64,000 nucleotides of DNA from Lingula anatina (taxonomy: Eukaryota; Animalia; Brachiopoda): the NCBI GenBank assembly GCA_051362555.1, contig CM120641.1:38942401-39006400 (forward strand), given 5' to 3'. A program made the position numbers and the translations under genes. The notes under the pieces were generated by a model. That model worked only from the letters and a program-made list of their open reading frames with translations. It made no database searches and had not been told where the DNA came from. Shown piece by piece: positions 47,015 through 58,213 of this stretch. Position 1 is the stretch's first letter, and each line of letters opens with the position of its first letter.

Positions 47015-50000
47015 ATGGTGGAGGTAGGTACTCGCTGAATGTCACCTGACGCTTGGAGTTGTTTTGTCCCTGAACCATTATTCAGATATCTTATTCACAG
47101 TTACTAGGTGAATACCAAAGATAAATCACATTCATTTCCGAATTAGACAAATATCATGAATTAAATGCCATAGAATAAATATTTCTCACGCTGCTACACA
47201 GTAACTTAAGTGTTACCAAAGGTTAAGGTACGTGAATGGGGGTTATATCCAATTAATTTAATTAAGAAATTACTCAGGATACATTGCCTGGGCTTTGCTT
47301 GTCTTTCACGTGTAATACGTACTTAAAAGGTGATTTTTTGTGTACGTTGTTTAGAGGCTAAACTTCCATTTAGATTTAATTAACTTTTTTTTTCAAATCT
47401 ATTTTGTTTTACTCAACCCATTTACGAAGCTTTATTTCAAGACATTTGCTTATATTTGATACTTGGCCAGCTCAACAAAACATCTTACACAACCCACCTG
47501 CAGCTTTTCTAATAGTATAATGATCTTACCAGTATCGGTACAGTACCTGTATTTAATGTTTAATGTTAGTTCTTTTTTTACCTCGAAAATAAGCATCAAC
47601 ATGTATACTGCACATTGTAAATGTTTTAGAATGAAACCCTGACAGCATTAAGAGTCTGGCATATTCTGTTGACACTGGGGAGCTCAAGACTTCATTCTCT
47701 CTTGTGTGATGTCTTAATCTATAATAAATAAATAAACTTCTTTCACTTAAACCAGATGCACAATTATGAAAGGCAAAGTTTTCTCGCTTGATCCATGGTC
47801 ATTGTAATTACTAGTATTTTTGTGTCCCATTTATTCTATAATTATCCCATAAATAAGTGGGCAAAATAAAGACAAATGAGTCTGGTGCACATCTCTTCAA
47901 AGTCCAATGTTGTATGTATAAAATCAAGTTTATTTTTTCTAGGAACTAAAGAAATACTTCAACCATTTGATGTCATTGTAAGTATTAGTATTGATCTATG
48001 TTTCAGTACTTGTCACTTTGATATCTGAAATGGATGCTTTGGTTACACTTAAATAAGGAAAACTGTGTATTTTAGAGCATGGTTGATTTTGGGTAAGTCC
48101 TCATATCAATCAAACCTTTTCATTGCAGACCCTTGCTTTTCATTTCAGGGTTGAAGGCCTTTATGCAATAATAATTACAGACAGAGATGGTGTTCCAGTG
48201 TTTAAAGGTATTATTTGTGATATGATTTATTCTTACACAAAAATATCATGTGGTTAGTTGACATACATGTGCAAGAACAATGTGCTGTAAAAAATCATGA
48301 AAATGGTTTTACTTTCCTCTTCCCTATATATTTTTTGTATAATTCTCAGATAGAATTAATCTAAACAATTTGTTGTATTTTTTCAATTCGTATTGCATTA
48401 CATTCACATCATTATTGATAAACAAGCCCTTTTTTGGCCAAAATTTATCATGTCATTCAACATTATAACATAACACTGATTGCTAAAGGAAAAAAAGAAT
48501 GATATTTTTTTTTCTGAGTTTTGATTTGTTAGATTACTAAAAAAATGCCTTTCATTCATAAATTCAAATTGCATTTAGTGGATCTGTTGTGACCAGGTTT
48601 TCTACCATTATTTCTGAGAAGTTACCCAAAAAATAATGCACTTGGGATTTTATTTCAATGTTAGATATAATGTAGATAATATGACTAGTGGTGTGTTTAA
48701 TATGAAAAAGTTATATATTTTTGTGTGTCCCAGATGTTTTTTATCCTTACATCCTCATATCAAATTACCTGGAAATATTATAACACTGCTTGAATTTATT
48801 CATGATGCAGATGACTTTTTCAACAGTGTAGGTCCAAAATTGAACCATGAAATACTGTATTCAATAGGGAAAAGTTACCAATTTTTCAGATACATTTTTT
48901 AAAATCATTAAAAATATATTTTTGTAGCATCTGTGGTGCCTCTTCTGAATAAGATATAACTACCATTATAAAGTAGCCTGCTTTTCAGTTTTGTTACATG
49001 TACTACGTATACCACTCAGTAGGAGTGTTTTAATTTAAAGATTTCATGATATAATTAAGTACAGTATCTGTAAAATTCACAATTTTTCCCATTGAAAAGA
49101 TAGAGTCATTACCAAATAAAAGAGGAATCTCCATTGGTAAAATGTTCTGTGCAATATTGCAGTGAGCACAGAGAATGCCCCAGAGCTGGCTTTACGCCCC
49201 ACATTCCTGTCCACATTTGGAATGGCCACAGACCAGGCCAGCAAGCTAGGACTGTCGAAAAACAAAAGCATGATTTCCACATATTCTGCCTATCAGGTAA
49301 TGTAATCATTATTTTAAAACTCTACTCAGCTGTTGGAAAAATGGAATTACTGAATATGTAGCGCATTTTTGCCTGATATTAACGGCACTAGTACATGGGA
49401 TTTTTTTTCTTTTTGTTGTTGTTGCATCACGAAATGCTCCCAATGCTTTTGAGATTGCTTCTCTGTGACTTGTTATGTTCTTTTCATATAACAAAATAAA
49501 TGCCCCTGTTATGCATTGCAAAGGTAAAAGAAGTCTATTAAATGTTTCCTAAGCTCAAGAGTTCCATTTTGGCTTTTAAGTGAAGAGAAAAAAAGGTTTT
49601 AAAAAATTTAAATGTATTTTTGAGATTGTGACTTAGTAATGTTGATAAGTATTTTAAGATTGTTGATAACACCAGGAAATTTTAATTTTTTGTATTCTGT
49701 CCAACTAAAGTTTCATATATTGGGCCTTCAAACAAGTTTTCATTTTATGCTTTATATCAATAAATTAAGACAAAATTAAAATGTCTGATATTTTATTATA
49801 ATCATTATTATTTCTTACATATTCTTATGTGATGCCTGTATGTATGTATTAATCTTTGAAATGCATTTTTACATGTAAAAAAAAAGAAAAGTGATAACTT
49901 TGCTTTTAATTCTAGGTGGTACATTTAAATAAACTTCCTCTTATTGTCACAATGGTTGCCTCAAGTAAAACAAATACTGGTGAGTGTCCAAATATTGGTT

Positions 50001-51218
50001 TTAAAATCACTTGTTTTCAAGTTTTGTTTATGAAAAATTGTCTTAATTCTTCTCAGTTATTGTCATAACTGGTAAAAATTCAACCTTAGATGTATTTGTA
50101 ATGACTGTATATGTATTCAGAATATTGATTCAGTAATGCACAAGTTTGGAAATAATTTTAGTTATGTGTATTATTTGGTACCATTTGATCTGCAATGCCT
50201 AATAGCGTTTTGGAATTTAAATGAGTATAATCGCCCTTTCTCAGTATCAGTGTTTTATCATTTTTTGATGATCATTTTGTTGTTTATGAGAGAAAGCTCT
50301 TCCCTTCTGATTAATCACTGTGTCTGTGTTATGGCTGTTCCCTGTGCCATGACTGTCCAAAACATCAGTCCCTATAACTGCAAAACTGTATTTTTGTTTT
50401 AAATTTACTGTTTAATGGCATTGTATAATGGCCAAGGGTTTTCCCAGCGAACCATCCAGCCGTCTTTTGGACGGCTGCCAGCATCACAGGATGAACTATA
50501 TTTTCAAAGATGGCTGGACGGCTTATGGATTTTTTGGAATTATGGTGGCTTTAGACATACACCCCATTTCCATAGATAAGATCGACCTACTTTAGATCGA
50601 CCTAACTCCCTGGGGGTTCACGCTAAATATCTGTCAGCCGGGCGGACACGAAAGTTAATTACCCCCTTACAGCTTGTAGTGGGCGGGACGGACATTTAAG
50701 TCGGATTATCTGAAAGTAATCTAGTGAGACTCCCCGCGGGGATAGATCGATCTAAAATCTATGGGAATAGAGCCATACTTGGACTCCCTGAATTTTGTAG
50801 GAAATTATAGGTGGTAATTTGGGACAGCCTGTACCCCCAATCCTTGGAAAAGCCCTGATAGTGGAAAAAAGGCGCTTCTTATGAAAAACATCATGACTGA
50901 GTTATTTTTACAGAAGATGTTGTGTTTTTGTTTTTTCATGTATTAAGGTGAAGTTTGCCCCATAAGTGCCAAAAATATTTTTGTTTTATTTTAAATTTGG
51001 TGTGTGACTTTGTTTGATAGTAAGGCAAGTACCTTTTGGAAATTGACATGACTGGATTTATTTTTACAGAAGCTATTTATTAATTTTGGTTGCAGTTTTT
51101 TTTTTTCTTTTGCTTTCTAGCTTTTTTCATTTTCTGTTTTTCAGGTATGCTTCTAGCACTGGAAAGAGACTTTGATAATGTGCTCAAAGATATGAGAGCA
51201 GTTGTGGATATTTCATAG
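47015..51218 (+). CDS. LAMTOR3: Ragulator complex protein LAMTOR3 (MP1), 124 aa, 6 coding exons
   Basis: Exons 47015-47023, 47943-47977, 48149-48207, 49163-49296, 49916-49979 and 51145-51218. Protein MVEELKKYFNHLMSLVEGLYAIIITDRDGVPVFKVSTENAPELALRPTFLSTFGMATDQASKLGLSKNKS...LERDFDNVLKDMRAVVDIS*, colinear with human LAMTOR3. Missed by the ORF track. The 9-nt first exon is the least certain. Confidence 0.95.
50433..50857. mobile_element. hAT-like MITE with a nested inverted-repeat element
   Basis: Ends CAAGGGTTTTCCC / GGAAAAGCCCTG; degenerate 8-bp TSD ATAATGGC / ATAGTGGA. Inner IR element at about 50560-50774 (CCATAGAT..TTTAGATCGA / TCGATCTAAAATCTATGG). An inverted copy of the right end recurs at about 52043-52120. 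Confidence 0.65.
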
Positions 51219-51618
51219 AGAAAGTTGAGAAAGTTTTAATAAGATTGCCAACGAAAGTTTAGTAAGAGCAGTAATTTATATACATTATGGAATGGAATGA
51301 ATGGCTAACAAAATTAGATACTTCACATGGTGATGAATCATTTTGGCAATCTGGGGAATATAGAACTGTGACATAAAATACATTTCTCCTCTTGCTGAAC
51401 CAAATGGCTCGCACAGGAAATGGACACCTGTGTAACCTCACATACAGATAATTATATGATTGCTTGGTGAGAATTTGACTGGAAAAATTGACAAACTTTC
51501 TTAAATATTTATAAACTATACTATTCCAAGGAATTTGTAGTACATATATTATTAGGTATCATTGGGTTATACATGTACGAACAAATATGTTAACACATAG
51601 GAATAAATTGGTTAGTTA

Positions 51619-53842
51619 CGGTAAAGTCTTGAAAATTTCGTCGCTTAAAAATTAATTAATATTTTTAATTGTGTAAATCCGACTAATTTTTTCAAAATTA
51701 CCTCTCCCCGACTCCTGGGTATGACGAAATTTTCAAAAATCCGGCCTTTGGGCTTTTATCCTTAGCGACTGTTATCTTTGACCCTCCTATATTGTGGGAT
51801 ATTTAAAACTACTTCCTAAGTCGTTTTCTGGTGGTAAATAATAATATATTTATTACTGCATCTCGATTAAGTTTAATTTAACTTACTGTACCCGAAAATG
51901 TGTTGAGAATTATCTTCTCGGTAAGAAACATACCTCCTGATAGAGGAGAAGGATCAAGATAAGCTTAATTGCCTCCTTGCATTATAACCTGACCGCGACA
52001 TATTTAAAAAAAAATTATGCACTTGCCAACGTTTGTTGCATGCAGGGCTTTTCCCAGGATTGAATGTCAGGCCTTCTAAAAGTACCATCTGTAACTTCCT
52101 AAAAATTTACAGGGAGTTAAAATAATTGCTCCCGCAGACGATCTTCCGCAATTTAAGTTTCTTGAACTTATATGAAAACTGAACGATCTCCCGATGATGA
52201 TATGAAAATTGCCTTTTCGTCTCGCTCGGATCGCGAACGATCTCCCTCTGACGATCTTACGCGAACAAAGTCATGGCGATATATTACGCAAACGATTCTT
52301 CGCCGAAGATACATGTATGCCGTGAGCGGGGAAGGGGGGGGTTAAAGATGAAATTAAAAAAATATATTATTTATAATATTCAAAGGGGAGGGGGGGGGGG
52401 TAAAATAATGATCTCCCGCTGACGATCGTTTGCAAACTAAGTTCCTTGAACTAATATGAAAACTGCATTTTATTATTGCTTACATCGCGAACAATCTCCC
52501 GACGATGATATGAAAATTGCCTTTACGTCAAGCTAGGATCGCGAACGATCTCCCTCTGATATGATCTTACGCGAACAAAGTCCTGAGGATATTACGCGAA
52601 CGATTCTCCGCCGAATATATACCGTGAGCGGGGGAGGGGGGCTGTTTAAAGATAAAATGAAAAAGATATTTTTTAAATCCAAAGTGTGTGTGTCTGGGGT
52701 CTGGGGGGGGGGGGGGGGGGAGAGAGAGTGAAATAATGATCTCTCGCTGACGATCTTCCGTTAACGAAGTTCCCTAAATCCCTTGAACTAATATAAAAAT
52801 TGCATTTCATTCTTGCTTACATCGCAAACGATCCCGCGATGATTATCTTACGCGAACGATTCTCTGCCGAAGATATGCCATGAGCGGGGAAGGGGGGGGG
52901 GTTTAAGATAAAATGAAAATATATATATTATTTATTAAATTCAAAGGGGGGGGAGGTTAGAATAGTGATCTCCCGCTGACGATCTTTTGCAAACTAAGTT
53001 CCTTGCACTAATTTGAAAATTGCATTTCATTCTTGCTTACATCGCGAACGATCTCCCGATGATGACATGAAAATTGCCTTTTCGTCTCGCTCGGATCGCA
53101 AACGATCTCCCGCTGATGATCTTACGCGAACGGAGTCTGCTATAAATATGAAAATTTTCTTCTTGTCTCGTTTGGATCGCGAACGATCTGTTGACAATAT
53201 TAAGCGAAAGATTCTCTGCTGAAGCTATGAAAATTGCCATCTCGTCCCATTCGCATTGCGAACGATCTCCATGGATGAGCCAGGTAATTGTTAAATGGTC
53301 CTAAATTGAACATGGACATGAATAGAAGTGACGGGTACATTTCCCTTCGAGATAATATCTTGATTTTTCATTGTGTCTTCCTCATTTAGGACAGCCGCCG
53401 ATAACAATAACGGCGTTACAAATGACAAAGCCGCGGCCTGTGACTTTTATTTGCCGGCTTGATAACGCACCTTGAGCCAGGTAATAGTAATGAAACTATT
53501 TAGACAAAAGGCCGATGTTCCCGCAATTAAGAACGGGGATTCACATCTTAACCACTTATATTGTGAGTAACCGCTCGCAGGGGCGCACTATTGTTCCTAT
53601 CTCCCATTGAGAGTGTTATCGGCAATGATATCCTGATCGTATCATTGTCTTGAATCAACTGACGCATTACCTTCATGTTTGAGCAGGACAACGCGGCCAT
53701 ATTTGGTGACGAACTTTTCAAAAATTATTGAGTACCTCATTTTCAAGGTCGACGAAGTTTTCAAGGGGAAAAAAATTACCTCGGCGGAAAATCGTCTGCC
53801 GACGAAATTTTCAAGAACGACGAAATTTTCAAGACTTTACCG
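51619..53842. mobile_element. Non-autonomous Tc1/mariner-pogo-type TIR element with internal tandem repeats
   Basis: Perfect 25-bp TIR CGGTAAAGTCTTGAAAATTTCGTCG at both ends, flanked by TA (51617-18, 53843-44). Internal repeats of about 50 bp (ATCGCGAACGATCTCCC) and G-tract higher-order repeats at about 52130-53270. No transposase ORF. Confidence 0.88.
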
Positions 53843-54597
53843 TATGTGCATGTAGTGTTTTTCTTGAAAAATAATTACAGTGAAGTGATCAGAGGTCATC
53901 TTGGTACTTGACAAAATTTCCATATTTTCTTAGTATTGGAGGGTGGGAAACTTCAAATGAAAGAAAATTTTATATTTTGACAATTACTGCAAGAAGTTTA
54001 CATGAAAAAAATTCTTTAAAACAAGAACACGAATTGAAAATAATTACAGTGAAGTGATCAGAGGTCATCTTAGTACTTAGCAAAATTTCTTTATTTTGAC
54101 TAATGCTGTGAATGCAGAGTTGTTACCCAAGATTCCATAGAAGAATCATGCAGTGAAACCCAGCAAGAAACATGTACCACCAGTGCCATGGCACACATTA
54201 TCATTCTTGCACAGAGACATTACACTATAATTATCCAAGCATATTAAAGACGATTTCATTCCACAGGCTAAACAAGGGGAAAGGATAACCAACATAAATC
54301 CGATGAAAGGACAGGCTTATATGTATTTGTTATAAAACTGAAGACAGTAACAGTTATTTCGAGAACAACAATATAAATTGCCTGTTGGAGAATTAAAACT
54401 TTATCTGTTAATGTATATTTGTTACACTCCCAGTTGCATACAATACAAGTACATAGATTAATTATTTAATACGTTAATTCTTTCTTAAAGAATATATCTG
54501 AGACAGGCACGTCTTGGCCTCTGTTGAAACTCGAATGTTTGATTGACAGTTTTACGGACGCTCTTGTTTTTAGTTGTGTATTAAATGTTGATCCATT

Positions 54598-54806
54598 TTA
54601 TTCAGTATTGTGATTTCTTGACTTGTTCGACCCTTGAGTTTTATCACTAATAGAGGGGTGTAACACTGAGTGAGAATTTTTGTCACAACACAGGTCATTT
54701 CCACAACAGTACCGGTCTCCATCTTGAAGAAAAACAAATAAATACAGATCAAAGTCATTCTTGTGCACAACTCAACCAAGTTAGTAAGAAAAGAAATCAG
54801 CGTTTG

Positions 54807-54852
<46 letters not shown>

Positions 54853-55706
54853 AAGCTGTTTAGAATCTTTGTATAAAAATACTTTCAGTTTTTCATTGAA
54901 ATGTTTACAAATATAAGTAAATACTTTCAAATATTAACTTACAGCAAACAGTTCCACCGTCACATATTTCATACATGTAGACCTAGTAGAAAGAAGAGCA
55001 AAATTTATAAAAATAGAATAAGGAGTTTTCAGTTAAATTAAATTTAAAAAAAAACACTAATTTCTGAAAAGAGCATATGTGCAAAAATGGTTCTTAAGAA
55101 GATATCTTTTAAAATGTGTAGGTGAATCTACGTTACAGAAAGTATGCAATTCCAATCACGTATTAAAAAGAATGTGAAGAAAAAAACTTAACCATTGAAA
55201 ATATTTAGCTTTGTGATTTAAACTGATTTTTTAAGAAGAATTTTCTCATTTGAAAACAAAGCTCACAACTAAATACAGTGATGGTGTGTACCTAGAACCA
55301 TGCAATAAGTGCAGAAATAAAGTATCAAAATTAGCGAAAGCTTATAAAATGGGGAACAACTGACAGTAGATCCGTCAGTATAGGTACTCGTAGGGCAAAA
55401 CTCGGGCCACCGTGCAAAAGAACTTTTAAGTTCTTAAAAGTGATTTATTTAGTTGAAATAACACAATATGTGAGTCAGAGACTTGTAATTCTTAAAAATT
55501 ATAAAGAAAAAACTGCAACTGTTGGATTTGTCAATATTAGAGGGAGATGATACTTGTAATTAAAGTAAAATTCGTCTGGAGGCCTTGTGGTCTACATGAT
55601 TATCAACTTAAATATGCATTTCAACAAATCCATAGAAATCAAGCAAGATACTTACATGCGCCAAGCCTAAAAAATAAACCAGGAGGAAAAGAGATACGCA
55701 TTTCAT
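54598..55706 (-). pseudogene. Truncated paralog of the WBP1/VOPP1-like gene: signal peptide + six-Cys domain only (71-aa ORF intact; may be functional)
   Basis: Exons (minus) 55656-55706 MKCVSLFLLVYFLGLAH, 54943-54982 VYMYEICDGGTVC and 54598-54722 YGDRYCCGNDLCCDKNSHSV...NHNTE*. Exon-3 donor is lost; no TM or tail exons found. Confidence 0.7.
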
Positions 55707-56329
55707 TATGGATGCCTTTTGTGCCACGTGTACCAGTACCAATAGATCTCAGAATTGACACATGATCCGGGAGCAATCCTTTATTTTGATAATACTTGTT
55801 TAGATTTTTAGATTAAGAACTGAGTAGCATTTTTTGATTAAGAACGGCCCTTTGTGAAACTCAGCTCGATCAGTCTTATTTTACCAAGTGTTCAGTTCAC
55901 AAATATTATCCCCAGACTTTTTAATTAATTTAATGGAGTCGTTTGCTTGTGCACTCGACTCGTTTTATTGCCTTAGTGTGCAATTTTAGTAATTAAACTT
56001 TGTATGCACCACGCAATAGTGCAGCATTGAATCCATCTGAGATAAGAAATTGGGATATAAGACGTACAGAAGTAATAATTGGGAGAACAGAGATTGAGAG
56101 AGACCGCTTGGGAGAGCTAAGAAGACGGACGCGAGTCATGGGAGATGGTTCAGGAGTTGGAGACTTCACGTAAATCATGTAGTTAGCGAGCGTCGACAAA
56201 TAAAACAATTAAACTGGTCATTACTTTTGGGCGACTTTATGTAAGTCTGACCATGGAAGTATCCAGACTATATACTTCCATGGTCTGTCGAAAAAGATTC
56301 ATGTCAAAAGGTTGTTTGTTTTTGCATTT

Positions 56330-57125
56330 ATTTAGGCGACGAAGTGCAAAAACATATTTTTGTTTTATTTCAAATTTGCTGAGTTACTTTGCAACCGAAT
56401 TAGTGTGGTGATAAAACAGGCACCTTTTGAAAAAAATTTTCCAGACTTTTTTTTTTGTATTAAATTTTGCATTACTTTTTTTGCTGTTTGATGTCCACAT
56501 GTGGTCCTATATGTTTGCCAGCTTTGGTGTCAATTTATTATTTTATTTTCTATTTTTTTAAATATGCTTCTGGCTCATATGGAAAGAGACTTTTTCAATG
56601 TGCCCAAAGATATGAGAGCAGTTGTTGTTAATAGATATCGATATCAGAGAGGAAGTTGAACATACTTTTTATGATACCAAAGTACCAAATGGAGATATGG
56701 AGGAGTTCATGAAGAGCTCCAATTTATATACATTATGGGATGGAATGAATGGCTTACTGAATTAAATACTCAACATGAATCTTTTTCAGCAATCAAAGGC
56801 ATGTAGAACTGAAAAATAAAAATATGTCTGCAGTGCACCAAATGGCTGGCACGGTTCTTGAGAGGGCAATGGACGGCTTCCAACCCCGAAATCAAATATG
56901 TGATTGCTTTGGGAGAGAGTGCTTGCCAACAGGAGGGATGAACATTATTCTAAGAATTGCACTGTAATGCATTGCTTTATGGTTTTAAAGAGAAAAATTG
57001 ATCAACATGTTCTTAAATATTTAGAAACAATATATTTTCAAGAAATTGGCAGTTGTTGTGTCTTACTTTATTAGTTACCAAAGGGCAATGCAAATGCACT
57101 CAAGAATAAATTGAAAATTGGTTGC
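56330..57125 (+). pseudogene. Pseudogenic duplicate of the LAMTOR3 last exon and 3' UTR
   Basis: TATGCTTCTGGCTCATATGGAAAGAGACTTTTTCAATGTGCCCAAAGATATGAGAGCAGTTGT (about 56563) matches exon 6 (51145), but the acceptor AG is lost. Flanks match about 50945-51615. Confidence 0.8.
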
Positions 57126-58213
57126 TGTGTTTGTAAATTTTAAAGTTCGCAAAAGTTAAGTAACCAGACGTCATTTCAGGACGTGTTAACATTTCCACAT
57201 TTCCAATTGTATATTACAGAACAGGGGAAAATAGTCAAGTACCAAACGAGAATTATTCTATTTTCTGACAAATACTAAGTAAAGTTTAAACGAAAAAAAA
57301 TGTAATGTGTGCGGATATGTAGTAGGCCTACTTTATCAAAAGGGCGTTAACATGAATTGAAAAAGACGGATAAACACATCACGAGCAATTTGTCTCCCAG
57401 ATGTTAGTTAGGTATTCTAAAGTTAAAGATGAGTTCCATTATCCCACATGTATGTTGGAGAACCCTTTTTAGGTTTTTTTTTAACATCTTTATTCTCAAG
57501 AGGGTTAAATATTGATACAGTATAAATAAAGGTGGCAATTCGCCTAGGCATTATATGCTCACCTTTTTAGGTGTAACACCACCGCCTCTCTACTGAAACA
57601 TTTATGTCACACGGAGACTATTAGGATATTTCGTTAATTCTCTCTCCAACGCAATGTAATGACTAAGTAGACGCCGAAAGAAAAAAAGACGTTCATTCAT
57701 CATGATGCCACATAAGGTGATGTGTAGGTCAGGATGGCCAACTGAATGTGGGGCTTTTGAGTTACGTCTGCCCCTTAAAACGAATTTTTTGCCGTTTGAA
57801 AGTGATTCGAAAACGCTCCCAATCTTATTCATTCACTATCTGTTGAACTTCTTTTGTTTTTGTTATTTATTGAAGATAACTGAAGTCACACGAAAGGCGT
57901 ATCAAACAATAATTACTGTAATCTCTGTGATCTGAAAAGGTCAAAAAGAGTAGCTGAGATAGCAGGAAAGGAGTACGGTTCCTAGTTACACGAAATCTCG
58001 AAGGACGTTACGTGTGTCGGGAATAGAAAGATAAGTGAAATCGTTGTATGTTCGTTTTGAAAAGTTTCCAAACATAGCGACTGCTTACGATAATTAATCA
58101 ATCACGAAGCCGTTTATCTCCAAATTGTGACAAAGGCGCGGCAGATAGCAAGGAAAACTGCGTTTAAACATCGACATACAAGTCTGCGTCCCCATAACAC
58201 GCCAGCTGCTACC

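Noticed and set aside
58127-58213. N-terminal extension in the ORF track (MTKARQIARK...), superficially like a histone H3 tail
   Set aside because: It starts at a non-ATG codon. The ATG at 58214 has Kozak context and begins the signal peptide, and there is no histone fold.
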